Part shown: positions 43,641 to 52,781 of the stretch, in pieces
How the letters are laid out: every line of letters starts with the position of its first letter
Position numbering within the stretch: the stretch's first letter is position 1
From: an uncultured bacterium
GTDB taxonomy: Bacteria; Pseudomonadota; Alphaproteobacteria; MED-G09
Assembly (NCBI GenBank): GCA_964001285.1
Contig: CAXFAF010000003.1
Coordinates: forward strand, 8,641 to 72,640
Direction: 5' to 3'
Length of the DNA: 64,000 nucleotides
The notes under the pieces: generated by a model
What the model saw: the letters and a program-made list of their open reading frames with translations, nothing else
Database searches by the model: none
Told to the model about the DNA's origin: nothing
Translations under genes and position numbers: made by a program

Positions 43641-44171
43641 ATGCCGATATACAAACTTAATGATAAAGAGCCTATCCTACCAGATGATGGAAAATATTGG
43701 GTTGCTCCTGATGCTAATGTTATTGGTGATGTATTAATGAAAAAAAATTCAAGTGTTTGGTTCTCATCAACTTTAAGAGGTGATTGTGAAAGAATTACTC
43801 TTGGAGAAAATAGCAATGTACAAGACGGAAGTGTTTTACATACAGATATCAGTTTTCCGTTAAATATAGGAAAAGATGTTACAGTTGGCCATCAGGTAAT
43901 GCTTCATGGATGTGAAATAGGGGATAATTCTTTAATTGGTATTGGTGCTGTAGTACTCAATGGTGCGAAAATAGGTAAAAATTGTCTAATAGGTTCAAAA
44001 ACTTTAATAGGTGAAAAAAAAGAAATTCCAGATAACTCTATGGTAATTGGGATACCAGGTAAAGTAATCAAAACAATTGATAGTGACATGGAAATATTTT
44101 TAAAGGCTTCTGCAGATCATTATTGTGAAAATTGGAAAAATTTTAACCAAAATCTTAAACTAGTCAAATAG
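43641..44171 (+). CDS. gamma-carbonic anhydrase-like / hexapeptide-repeat protein (YrdA/PaaY family)
   Basis: Contains WVAPDANVIGDV, LRGD, GHQVMLHGC and left-handed beta-helix repeats. I prefer the ATG at 43641 to the overlapping track start at 43581. Confidence 0.8.
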   Translation: MPIYKLNDKEPILPDDGKYWVAPDANVIGDVLMKKNSSVWFSSTLRGDCERITLGENSNVQDGSVLHTDISFPLNIGKDVTVGHQVMLHGCEIGDNSLIGIGAVVLNGAKIGKNCLIGSKTLIGEKKEIPDNSMVIGIPGKVIKTIDSDMEIFLKASADHYCENWKNFNQNLKLVK

Positions 44172-44179
44172 GAGGTCAA

Positions 44180-44956
44180 ATGGCTTATGAATATGCTTTA
44201 TTAGAAAAAAAAGAGAATTTATGGATTGTTACCTTAAATAGGCCCGAAAGAATGAACGCTTTACATTCACCTGCCCATAAGGAACTGGATGAAATTTTTA
44301 ATAGCTTTCATCAAGACCCAAGTGCATGGGTGGCAATAGTTACTGGAGCAGGAGATAGAGCTTTTTCTGCTGGAAATGATCTTAAATATCAAGCTGAGGG
44401 CGGAAAAATGGAAAGAATTCCATCTGGTTTTGCAGGTCTTACATCTAGATATGATCTAGATAAACCTATCATTGCGGCAGTAAATGGTGTTGCTATGGGT
44501 GGAGGTTTTGAGATTGCTTTGGCATGCGATATAATAATTGCTTCAGATAATGCAACTTTTGCTTTACCAGAGCCGAAAGTAGGTTTAGCAGCTCTTGCAG
44601 GAGGCATGCACAGATTACCAAGGCAAATTGGCTTAAAAAGGGCCATGGGAATGATGCTAACTGGAAGAACGGTTGGTGCTGATGAAGGTAGAAATTTAGG
44701 TTTCGTTAACGATGTTGTATCTCAAAATAATTTAATGAAAAGATCTGAGGAATGGGCAAAAATGATTATGGAGTGTTCGCCTGTATCAATTAGGACAACA
44801 AAGAATGTCGTATTAGAAGGTCTAAATTTTTCAGCTATTGAAGAAGCAATGTCTCAAAAATATGAATCTGTTAATACTTTATTTTCTAGTGAGGACTTTG
44901 TTGAAGGACCTTTAGCTTTTTCTCAAAAAAGAAAACCTGATTGGAAAGGTAAATAG
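44180..44956 (+). CDS. enoyl-CoA hydratase/isomerase (crotonase) family protein
   Basis: 258 aa with FSAGNDLK and VNGVAMGGGFEIALACD. Confidence 0.85.
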   Translation: MAYEYALLEKKENLWIVTLNRPERMNALHSPAHKELDEIFNSFHQDPSAWVAIVTGAGDRAFSAGNDLKYQAEGGKMERIPSGFAGLTSRYDLDKPIIAAVNGVAMGGGFEIALACDIIIASDNATFALPEPKVGLAALAGGMHRLPRQIGLKRAMGMMLTGRTVGADEGRNLGFVNDVVSQNNLMKRSEEWAKMIMECSPVSIRTTKNVVLEGLNFSAIEEAMSQKYESVNTLFSSEDFVEGPLAFSQKRKPDWKGK

Positions 44957-44961
44957 TTTTT

Positions 44962-45576
44962 ATGGTGAAAATGGAGTTTTTCTTTGATTGTTCATCACCT
45001 TGGACATACCTTGCCTTCTCAAGAATTCAATCTATTATAGAGAAATATCCTCTAGAAGTTATCTGGAAGCCAATTCTTGTTGGAGGTGTTTTTAACGAAG
45101 TCAATGATGAAATATACGCTCAAAGAGCTAACCCTAATCCTTTAAAGTTTAAATATTCAAGAAAGGATATGCAAGATTGGGCTGAATTGAGCAATATTAT
45201 CATTAAATGGCCCTCTATTTTCCCTGTTAACGCTGTTAAAATGATGCGTATAGCAATCATTGCCATTGACGAGGATTGCTTAGTTTCTTATGCAACCAAA
45301 TGTTTTAAGTCTTATTGGGAAGAGGATAAGGATGTAAGTAATGATAATATTTTGAAGAAAATAATTTTATCTTGTGGAATGGATGATAAAAAAGTTTTTG
45401 ATTTAATTCAAATGGATAAAATAAAAAATAAATTAAAATCAAATACCTCTAATTTAATTGAAAGGGGCGGCTTTGGGTCACCGACAATTTTTTTAAATGA
45501 TCATGATATGTATTTTGGTAATGATCGTTTAGAGTTGATTGATTATAAATTAGGTATATTAACCAAGAATTTTTAA
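44962..45576 (+). CDS. 2-hydroxychromene-2-carboxylate isomerase / DsbA-like thioredoxin-fold protein
   Basis: 204 aa with an FFFDCSSPWTYLA N-terminus and GSPTIFLND...YFGNDRL at the C-terminus. Confidence 0.75.
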   Translation: MVKMEFFFDCSSPWTYLAFSRIQSIIEKYPLEVIWKPILVGGVFNEVNDEIYAQRANPNPLKFKYSRKDMQDWAELSNIIIKWPSIFPVNAVKMMRIAIIAIDEDCLVSYATKCFKSYWEEDKDVSNDNILKKIILSCGMDDKKVFDLIQMDKIKNKLKSNTSNLIERGGFGSPTIFLNDHDMYFGNDRLELIDYKLGILTKNF

Positions 45577-45622
45577 ATTTTTTTAGTTGATATACAAAAT
45601 TTATTGTGAAAGATTTGTTATT

Positions 45623-45970
45623 ATGAATGAAGAATATAAGAGTAAGAACGAAGAAATTCAGACTAATGATGTATCTGAAGAGACTAGCAGTGAAAATAAA
45701 CCAACTGATGACCAGATTGCTTTAAAGGTTTTTCAGTACATAAAGGATTTTATTTTCTGTGTGGGCTTTTTAGTTCTTGCTTGGATGTCTTTTTGGGTAG
45801 TTGTTGTTTTATCAATTCTATCATTTATTGTCCGTGCTGTTGATTCCGATCAATTATCCGAATTAAATGAATTTTCTAGAAGACTTTCTCTCTACATAAA
45901 AGAGTGTCTTTTATTTTCAACAGGTAACGACAACAAGAAGCCATTTCCTTTTGAAAAATTTCCTGAATAA
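45623..45970 (+). CDS. small membrane protein, DUF4389-like
   Basis: Has an acidic N-terminus, two TM helices and a C-terminal KPFPFEKFP resembling the DUF4389 PFPF tail (from memory). The start at the ATG 45623 is preferred. Confidence 0.45.
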   Translation: MNEEYKSKNEEIQTNDVSEETSSENKPTDDQIALKVFQYIKDFIFCVGFLVLAWMSFWVVVVLSILSFIVRAVDSDQLSELNEFSRRLSLYIKECLLFSTGNDNKKPFPFEKFPE

Positions 45971-46459
45971 TTATATTTTTGTTGGATTAGGTAAATCTTT
46001 ATAAACTTCTTTAGGATCGAATAACTTCTCGTTATCTTTCATCTCGAGCGTTAATTCTTCATTAACATTAGTTTTAAGAGGTATTGATCTATAGAAACAT
46101 GATTTATAGCCAACATGACAGCTGGCTCCAGATCCTTCAACATTAACAGATATCCATAAAGAATCTTGGTCATCATCAATTCTCATTTCAATTATATTTT
46201 GTTTTAAACCCGAAACTGAACCTTTATGCCATACCTTTTCTTGTGATCTGCTATAATAATATGCTTCTCCCGTTTCAATAGTTTTGGTTAAAGATTCTGC
46301 ATTCATATAACCCACCATTAAAACTTCTCCCGTTTTATTATCTGTAGTAATACAAGGAATGAGACCTTTTTCATCAAATTTAGGACTTAATTTAAGTCCT
46401 TCTTCAATTTCTTCAATAGATGATCTTTTTTTAAAATTATTTTGAAAATTATATGACAA
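45971..46459 (-). CDS. hisI: phosphoribosyl-AMP cyclohydrolase
   Basis: 162 aa with GLIPCITTD..TGEVLMVGYMN, YYYSRSQEKVWHKG and ASCHVGYKSCFY. Confidence 0.9.
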   Translation of the reverse strand: MSYNFQNNFKKRSSIEEIEEGLKLSPKFDEKGLIPCITTDNKTGEVLMVGYMNAESLTKTIETGEAYYYSRSQEKVWHKGSVSGLKQNIIEMRIDDDQDSLWISVNVEGSGASCHVGYKSCFYRSIPLKTNVNEELTLEMKDNEKLFDPKEVYKDLPNPTKI

Positions 46460-46461
46460 AA

Positions 46462-47091
46462 CTAGCCTTGTGATTGAGTTAATCTTATAAATCTCTCTCT
46501 TAACTCGGTGTCTTTAGAAAATGAACCCGAAAATTTTGTAGTAACTGTAGAAACATTAGGTTTACTTATGCCCCTAGTAGTCATGCATTGATGCTTTGCA
46601 TCAATCATCACTGCTGTACCATATGGATTAAGAGCTTTATCGATAGTTTGTAGAACTTGCATTGTCATTGTTTCTTGTGTTTGAAGTCTTTTTGCAAAAA
46701 TTTCAACAACTCGAGCAAGTTTCGATATGCCCACAACTTTTTCTTTTGGTAAATATGCAACATGCGCAACACCAATTATTGGAACCATATGGTGTTCGCA
46801 ATGTGTCTCAATATTAATATCTCTAAGGAAAACTATATCGTCATAACCCTCTACATCCTCGAATGTTTTACCTAAAACTGCCAATGGATCTTGCTCGTAT
46901 CCTGAAAAAAACTCTTCATAAGCCTTTACAACCCTTTGAGGTGTATCTAATAGTCCTTCTCTTAGTGGGTTATCTCCTGCCCAGGAGATTAAAGTTTTTA
47001 CGGCATCCATAGCCTGTTCTCTAGATGGCTTTTCTTGATTTAATTTTTCTTTTAAATCAATTGTTTCGCTTTTATTGACCTTCATATCCAT
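46462..47091 (-). CDS. folE: GTP cyclohydrolase I
   Basis: 209 aa with CEHHMVPIIG and HQCMTTRG. Confidence 0.93.
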   Translation of the reverse strand: MDMKVNKSETIDLKEKLNQEKPSREQAMDAVKTLISWAGDNPLREGLLDTPQRVVKAYEEFFSGYEQDPLAVLGKTFEDVEGYDDIVFLRDINIETHCEHHMVPIIGVAHVAYLPKEKVVGISKLARVVEIFAKRLQTQETMTMQVLQTIDKALNPYGTAVMIDAKHQCMTTRGISKPNVSTVTTKFSGSFSKDTELRERFIRLTQSQG

Positions 47092-47208
47092 AAATAAACT
47101 CCTAAACTAAAAGATTTAACAGAAATCTTTTACAATGAATGTTTTTCTAATATAGCATTCTATATGATATTAATATAAGAAATTACAAGTATTTTATAAT
47201 TAATTACA

Positions 47209-48579
47209 ATGAAAATTCGTTTATATAATTCTAAAAGTAAGAAAAAAGAGGTCTTTAATCCTATAAACGACCAAAATGTGACAATGTATGTATGTGGGCC
47301 AACAGTTTATGGAGCTCATCATATAGGCAATGCTAGACCTGCTGTAGTTTTTGATATATTGGCTAAATTATTAAGAGAAAAGTTTGAAAATGTTACTTAT
47401 GCAAGAAATATTACCGATATAGATGACAAAATTATTAATGCAGCAATTTCAGAAAATCTAGATATAGCTGAAATTAGCGAAAGATCAACCAAGCAATATC
47501 ATTCCGATATGATTACTCTAAATGTTGATGACCCTGATAGAGAGCCTTATGCTACAGAGCATATTCCTGAGATGATTAACTTTATAGAGGATCTTTTAAG
47601 AAAAAAAAATGCATATGAGTCAGATAAACATATTCTTTTTGATATTACTTCATATAATAATTATGGAGAATTATCAGGGCGAGACCCTAAAGATATGATT
47701 GCTGGTTCTAGAGTTGAGGTCCAATCATATAAAAGAAATCCTTTAGATTTTGTATTATGGAAACCTTCCAAAGATGATGAAGTTGGTTGGTCAAGTCCTT
47801 GGGGCAAGGGAAGACCAGGCTGGCACCTTGAATGTTCTACAATGATTTTAAAAATGTTTGGAGAAACTATAGATATTCATGGTGGAGGAGAGGATTTAAG
47901 ATTTCCTCATCACGAGAATGAATGTGCACAATCATTTTGTAGAAATGATGGGAAGGCTTTAGCTAATTATTGGCTACATAATGGAATGGTGCAAATGGAG
48001 AATTCAAAGATGTCAAAATCATTAGGTAATATTTTATTAATAAAAGATTTAATAAAAGATATCCCTGGTGAAGTAATTAGACTTGCCCTAATTAGCGCTC
48101 ATTATCGTCAACCATTAAAATGGTCTGATGAGCTTATAGATCAATCTAAAAAAACATTAAGAAATATGTATTCCTTTTTAGAAGAATTTGAAGATGGTGA
48201 TCTTATTGAATCTGGTCCAGATAAAAAATTCCTGGAGGCTTTATCTGATGATTTAAATACTCCTAAAGCTATTTCTATTATTCATTCTATGTTTAAGGAA
48301 TTAAAAAAATCTCCAAAGGATATCAATTTAAGATCAAGTTTTATCAAATCTGCTAATTTTTTGGGTCTTTTACAGTCAAAACCTAGTGAATGGGGTTTTA
48401 AGTCAAATGAAAATATTGATAAAAAGATGGTAAATGATCTAATAGAAAGAAGAAATCAAGCTAGAAAAGATAAAAATTTTGAAGAATCAGACCATATCCG
48501 AGAACAATTATTGAGTATGGGTATCATTATTGAAGATAATGAAGACGGAACTGTTTGGAGAAAAACTGATGGTAAATGA
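47209..48579 (+). CDS. cysS: cysteine--tRNA ligase
   Basis: 456 aa with YVCGPTVYGAHHIGNARP (HIGH) and KMSKSLGN. Confidence 0.95.
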   Translation: MKIRLYNSKSKKKEVFNPINDQNVTMYVCGPTVYGAHHIGNARPAVVFDILAKLLREKFENVTYARNITDIDDKIINAAISENLDIAEISERSTKQYHSDMITLNVDDPDREPYATEHIPEMINFIEDLLRKKNAYESDKHILFDITSYNNYGELSGRDPKDMIAGSRVEVQSYKRNPLDFVLWKPSKDDEVGWSSPWGKGRPGWHLECSTMILKMFGETIDIHGGGEDLRFPHHENECAQSFCRNDGKALANYWLHNGMVQMENSKMSKSLGNILLIKDLIKDIPGEVIRLALISAHYRQPLKWSDELIDQSKKTLRNMYSFLEEFEDGDLIESGPDKKFLEALSDDLNTPKAISIIHSMFKELKKSPKDINLRSSFIKSANFLGLLQSKPSEWGFKSNENIDKKMVNDLIERRNQARKDKNFEESDHIREQLLSMGIIIEDNEDGTVWRKTDGK

Positions 48580-48991
48580 TCTTTATAATACTAAGATCTT
48601 AAATTTATCTTCAGATATTCCTAGATTGGGAAAATTAGATAATCCTCAAGTTTCTGCGACTGTGGTTAGTAAATTATGTGGATCAAAAGTTACTGTTTAT
48701 TTGAATACCAAGGATGACTTTGTTGTTGATTTTTCTCACGAAGTTAAAGCTTGCTCCTTAGGGCAGGCTGCCTCATCAGTTATGGCAAGAAATGTTATTG
48801 GTTCGAGCTCCAGCGAATTATTAGAACTTAAAAAAAGTATGTATGAAATGTTAAAAAATGAAGGACTTCCACCCAAAGGTAAATGGGATGATTTAAAATT
48901 TCTTCAACCTGTTAAAGACTATAAAGGTAGACATGCATCTGTAATGCTAACTTTTGATGCCGTTGAAGAATGTTTGGTTAAGGTAAAATAA
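48569..48991 (+). CDS. NifU/IscU N-terminal-domain-like Fe-S scaffold family protein
   Basis: Contains LCGSKVTVYL and EVKACSLGQAASSVM. I prefer the ATG at 48569 (11-nt overlap with cysS) to the track start at 48530. Confidence 0.65.
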   Translation: MVNDLYNTKILNLSSDIPRLGKLDNPQVSATVVSKLCGSKVTVYLNTKDDFVVDFSHEVKACSLGQAASSVMARNVIGSSSSELLELKKSMYEMLKNEGLPPKGKWDDLKFLQPVKDYKGRHASVMLTFDAVEECLVKVK

Positions 48992-49021
48992 AAAAAGGGA
49001 ACCCACATCGAGTTCCCTTTT
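48991..49021. terminator. bidirectional intrinsic terminator
   Basis: AAAAGGGAAC-ccacatcga-GTTCCCTTTT. It is followed by T4 on the + strand (end of the NifU-like gene) and T7 on the - strand (end of the candidate ncRNA). Confidence 0.7.
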
Positions 49022-49221
49022 AAAGGACCTAATCGCCCCCGATTAAGCCTGGCAAGTCGCTCTCTAAGTATAGAGTTTATCCCTTTCAGGTAAACTTACT
49101 AAGCCTAGAGTGGTTATTCTCAGGATATCGCTATCCCTACCTTCTCCATGGGTCAAAGACCAGTCAACCCTCAATGCGGCTTGTCACCCGCCCAACGATT
49201 ATTGGTCATTTCAATCGTCAC
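48992..49221 (-). ncRNA. candidate stand-alone structured RNA, family unassigned
   Basis: Gene-free GC-rich block (hand count 86/180 = 48% at 49021-49200, against 18% at 49261-49320). On the minus strand: TTGACC (49255-49250), an 18-nt spacer, TAGGAT (49231-49226). GNRA hairpin GGGAUA-GCGA-UAUCCU (49137-49122), whose G-U pair would be A-C in + orientation. Hairpin AGUUUA-ccugaaaggga-UAAACU (49096-49074). A 10-bp long-range helix joins 49207-49196 to 49035-49026. Ends in a T7 terminator. Confidence 0.55.
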
Positions 49222-49274
49222 AATTATCCTACACATAATAACTGATGCCGGTCAATTATGTGATGATGTTTTTT

Positions 49275-49303
49275 TGTGGATAAAAGAATTTTTCTGTGGA
49301 TAA
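49275..49303 (-). promoter_or_regulatory. two perfect DnaA boxes (TTATCCACA on the minus strand) in direct repeat
   Basis: TGTGGATAA occurs at 49275-49283 and 49295-49303, 20 bp centre to centre. They lie between the divergent ncRNA candidate and yidD. Confidence 0.6.
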
Positions 49304-49350
49304 TTTTTTAAATTAATTTATAGCAATATAGAATAGCTTTTTTAGTTTTT

Positions 49351-49590
49351 ATGAATATAGCAAGTAAAATATCAATTATTCTCATCAAGGGTTATAAATA
49401 TTTAATTTCTCCTTTTCTTGGGAAGTCATGTAGGTTTGAACCTTCTTGCTCCACCTATGCTTTAGAAGCTTTTAGTAGATATGGATTCTTTAAAGGTTTT
49501 AAATTATCATTAATTCGTATAATTCGTTGTAACCCTTGGGGCGGTTATGGTTATGATCCTGTCCCTATAAATGAAGAAAAAAGCAAATAA
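49351..49590 (+). CDS. yidD: membrane protein insertion efficiency factor YidD
   Basis: 79 aa with [21 protein letters not shown]......G..KG..L...RI.RCNPW. Confidence 0.9.
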   Translation: MNIASKISIILIKGYKYLISPFLGKSCRFEPSCSTYALEAFSRYGFFKGFKLSLIRIIRCNPWGGYGYDPVPINEEKSK

Positions 49591-51507
49591 ATGCCAAAAA
49601 TAACACTGCCAGATGGAACGGTTAAGGAGTTTGATAATCCGTTAAATTTTGATGAAATAGCTTTATCAATTGGAAAAGGTTTAGCCAAAGCAACTGTTGC
49701 CGGTTCATTAAATGGTAAACTTGTAGATGCTTCAGAAATGATAGATAAGGATTCAAATGTTGTTATTATTACAAATTCTGATGAAGAAGGAATAGAAATA
49801 ATTAGACATTCATGCGCACATTTGTTTGGGCATGCAATTAAACAGTTATATCCAAATGCAAAAATGGCCATAGGGCCAACAATTGAAAATGGTTTCTATT
49901 ATGATATTGACCTTGAGGAATCCTTAAGTGAGAAAGATCTAGAAAAAATTGAAAAAAGAATGAAGGAGTTAGCTCAAACAGAATATCCAGTAATTAGAGA
50001 AGTGGTTACAAGAAAGCAAGCAATTAAAACATTTACTGAAAGAGATGAACCCTACAAGATAGAAATAATTAATGAGATACCAGATGATGAAATAATTGCT
50101 CTTTATCATCATAATGAATACATAGATATGTGTAGAGGACCTCATGTTACCTCCGTTCGACATTTAAAAGCTTTTAAACTAACTAAAATTGCCGGAGCTT
50201 ATTGGAGAGGTAAATCTGACAACAAAATGCTTCAAAGAATTTATGGAACAGCATGGACAAGTGAAAAAGAATTAAAAAATCATTTAGTTTTGCTTGAAGA
50301 GGCAGAAAAAAGGGATCACAGGAAATTGGGAAAAGAAATGGACCTTTTTCATTTTCAGGATGAAGCGCCTGGAATGGTTTTTTGGCATTCAAATGGTTGG
50401 TCAATTTACAGAGAGCTCGAAGATTATATTCGGAGAAAGATATCAAAAAAAGGATACCAAGAAATTAAAACACCTCAAATATTGGATAAAGAATTATGGG
50501 TAGAGTCAGGACATTGGGATAAATATGTAGAGAACATGTATACGACTATCATTGATGATAGAGAATTAATGATTAAACCAATGAATTGTCCAGGACATGT
50601 TCAAATATATAATCAAGGCATTAAAAGTTATAAGGATTTACCCTTAAGAATGGCAGAATTTGGTTCTTGCCATAGAAATGAGCCGTCCGGTGCTCTTCAT
50701 GGATTAATGAGGGTGCGTAATTTTGTTCAAGATGATGCACATATTTTTTGTACCGAAGATCAAATTGAAAAAGAAACAATTAACTTTTGTGAGTTATTGC
50801 AAGAAGTTTACAAGGAGCTAGGTTTTGAAAAAATATCTATTATGTATGCTGATAGACCGGAACAAAGGGTTGGTTCTGATGAAATTTGGAATAAAGCAGA
50901 GTCTGCTTTATTGAATGCCGCTAAAGCAACAGGACTTCCTTTTGATGAAAATAAAGGTGACGGAGCATTTTATGGTCCCAAACTAGACTTTTACCTTCAT
51001 GATGCTATTGGAAGAATTTGGCAATGTGGAACTCTTCAGGTTGATTTTAATATGCCAGGTAGATTAGGGGCTAGTTATATTGGTGAAGATAATAATAAAC
51101 ATACACCTGTTATGCTTCACAGAGCTATTTTGGGAAGTCTTGAAAGATTTACAGGAATCCTAATTGAGCATTATGAGGGGCGTTTCCCTTTATGGTTGTC
51201 GCCGATACAAGTTGTTGTTGCGACAATTACATCCAAAGCTAATGATTATGCTAAAGAAATTGAAGCTGCTTTAATAAGTAAAGGTATAAGGGTCATACTA
51301 GATATAAGGAATGAAAAGATTAGTTATAAAGTAAGAGAGCATTCTGTTAACAAAATTCCATTTATATTTGTGGTAGGCAATAATGAAACGGATAATAAAA
51401 CAATCGCATTAAGAAGATTGGGGTCTAAAGAGCAGGAAATTTTGAATTTAGATGACAGTATAGCATTGTTAGAAGATAATTCTTTGCCGCCAGATATGAA
51501 CAATTAA
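49591..51507 (+). CDS. thrS: threonine--tRNA ligase
   Basis: 638 aa with an N-terminal TGS domain, an editing domain (HSCAHL), the class II core ([30 protein letters not shown]) and an anticodon-binding domain. Confidence 0.95.
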   Translation: MPKITLPDGTVKEFDNPLNFDEIALSIGKGLAKATVAGSLNGKLVDASEMIDKDSNVVIITNSDEEGIEIIRHSCAHLFGHAIKQLYPNAKMAIGPTIENGFYYDIDLEESLSEKDLEKIEKRMKELAQTEYPVIREVVTRKQAIKTFTERDEPYKIEIINEIPDDEIIALYHHNEYIDMCRGPHVTSVRHLKAFKLTKIAGAYWRGKSDNKMLQRIYGTAWTSEKELKNHLVLLEEAEKRDHRKLGKEMDLFHFQDEAPGMVFWHSNGWSIYRELEDYIRRKISKKGYQEIKTPQILDKELWVESGHWDKYVENMYTTIIDDRELMIKPMNCPGHVQIYNQGIKSYKDLPLRMAEFGSCHRNEPSGALHGLMRVRNFVQDDAHIFCTEDQIEKETINFCELLQEVYKELGFEKISIMYADRPEQRVGSDEIWNKAESALLNAAKATGLPFDENKGDGAFYGPKLDFYLHDAIGRIWQCGTLQVDFNMPGRLGASYIGEDNNKHTPVMLHRAILGSLERFTGILIEHYEGRFPLWLSPIQVVVATITSKANDYAKEIEAALISKGIRVILDIRNEKISYKVREHSVNKIPFIFVVGNNETDNKTIALRRLGSKEQEILNLDDSIALLEDNSLPPDMNN

Positions 51508-51508
51508 A

Positions 51509-52720
51509 TTAACTTTTTCCTATAATTCCATCTTTAATCATTTTATTTATTTCTTCTTTACTGAATCCCATTTCTCCTAATATTTCTTTATTATGTTGTC
51601 CTAAAGTTGGAGCTGGGCCTTTAGGGCCATCATCACTATTGTGAAATTTAACCGGGGCAGAAATTGATCTATATTTTTCATCGCATTCAGGGTCTTCTAT
51701 TTCTACAAAAGAATCTGAGGCTATAGCCTGTTGATCTTGAGCTACTTCAGTTAAGTTCTGTACTGGGGCCCAAATCAAATCTTCTTTATCAAGTTTTTCT
51801 CCCCATTCTTCAAGAGTATATTGACTAAAGGCATCATCCATGGCTTTTACAAATTCTGTTGAATTTGATCTTCTACCATGATGTGAATTAAATCTTTCAT
51901 CTTCAAGCCATTCTTCTCTACCTATAGCTCTTGCAACTTGAGGTAAGTCCCAATCACCTCCAGCTCTTGGGCTTAAACAAATCCATCTATCATCTTTTGT
52001 TTTAAAAAAATTCGCTATTGGGTTTATTTGTTCATCTCTTTTTTTAGTTGAAGGAACTCTACCAAATCTTAACTGAAGAGCCATATCGGAACCAATTGAA
52101 TAAATACCTGTCCTTAAAAGTGAACTTTCTACAACTTTCCCTTTACCTGTTTTCTCTCTCTCATATACCGCGGCCAATATTCCACTCACGGTAGCTATTG
52201 ATGTTATATGGTCTCCAACAGCAACTCTAATTGGTAATGGTTCTTCTCCTTTTCTTTGTGTTAAATGTGCCATTCCGGATCTAGCCCAAAATGCAGCTAT
52301 ATCAAACCCAGGTCTATCTCTTTCTTCTCCATCTAATCCATATCCCGATAATGAACAATAAATAAGCTTTGGATTAATCTCTAATAGAGTTTTGTGATCT
52401 AACTTTGAATTCTCCAGAGAGGTTGGTCTAACATTCGTAAGAAAAATATCAGAAGATTTTATCAATTCTCTAACTATATCTGCGCCTTTTTCATTGCTTG
52501 TATTTATTGTCATCCCTTTTTTTCCTCGATTATCAAGGCTAAAAATTGGATTGCCAATAATTTCTAATTTAGATTTTGTTCCTTCAAAAAATTTTCTCAT
52601 TGGGCAACCAGTTAATGGTTCAACCTTAATAACCTCTGCACCCCAATCTCTTAACATTCCGCCTGCACCAGGAGCTGCCACATATGTTGACATCTCTATT
52701 ACTTTAAGTCCCTCAAGCAT
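51509..52720 (-). CDS. family III CoA-transferase (CaiB/BaiF family)
   Basis: 403 aa with the N-terminus LEGLKVIEMSTYVAAPGAGGMLRDWGAEVIKVEP and the GD.ITS region. Confidence 0.85.
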   Translation of the reverse strand: MLEGLKVIEMSTYVAAPGAGGMLRDWGAEVIKVEPLTGCPMRKFFEGTKSKLEIIGNPIFSLDNRGKKGMTINTSNEKGADIVRELIKSSDIFLTNVRPTSLENSKLDHKTLLEINPKLIYCSLSGYGLDGEERDRPGFDIAAFWARSGMAHLTQRKGEEPLPIRVAVGDHITSIATVSGILAAVYEREKTGKGKVVESSLLRTGIYSIGSDMALQLRFGRVPSTKKRDEQINPIANFFKTKDDRWICLSPRAGGDWDLPQVARAIGREEWLEDERFNSHHGRRSNSTEFVKAMDDAFSQYTLEEWGEKLDKEDLIWAPVQNLTEVAQDQQAIASDSFVEIEDPECDEKYRSISAPVKFHNSDDGPKGPAPTLGQHNKEILGEMGFSKEEINKMIKDGIIGKS

Positions 52721-52781
52721 TTTCTTACCTCATCAAAAATATTATGATTTAATTAAGTGAATTATGCTATAGCATTATCTC

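Noticed and set aside
48992-49221. Assignment of the GC-rich RNA candidate to tmRNA, SRP RNA, RNase P RNA or a TPP riboswitch
   Set aside because: tmRNA: there is no GGTTCGA-type T loop, no ...CCA acceptor end and no ANDN...AA tag frame on either strand. SRP: there is no GGAAGCAGCC-type domain IV. RNase P: some collinear resemblances exist (GGGCGG..GACAAGCCG, AGGUAGGGAUAG, CGAC...CCAGGCUUAAUCGG). However, the universally conserved GGAAAGUCC and ACAGAA blocks are absent, and about 225 nt is too short. TPP: CUGAGA after a hairpin and ACCUGA..AGGGA occur in the right order, but the P5/pyrophosphate-sensor helix is missing and no downstream gene exists to regulate.
49148-49303. 51-codon + strand ORF (MGQRPVNPQCGLSPAQRLLVISIVTIILHIITDAGQLCDDVFLWIKEFFCG*) inside the GC-rich spacer
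   Set aside because: There is no Shine-Dalgarno sequence; the upstream CCTTCTCC is pyrimidine-rich. Its composition is unlike that of local genes. It ends inside the second DnaA box. The region shows strand-specific RNA-structure features on the opposite strand. It is kept only as an alternative to be tested.
49222-49350. The DnaA-box spacer as the chromosomal origin (oriC)
   Set aside because: I see only two good boxes, plus one degenerate TTATCCtAC at 49224-49232. The AT-rich stretch is short, and neither dnaA nor hemE/parAB is nearby. A regulatory or titration site seems more likely, and GC-skew cannot be judged from one window.
49551-49871. 106-aa minus-strand ORF across the yidD/thrS junction, and other antisense ORFs within thrS (49969-50163, 50183-50446, 50294-50503)
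   Set aside because: They overlap the well-supported thrS TGS and editing domains and have no motifs. They are shadow ORFs.
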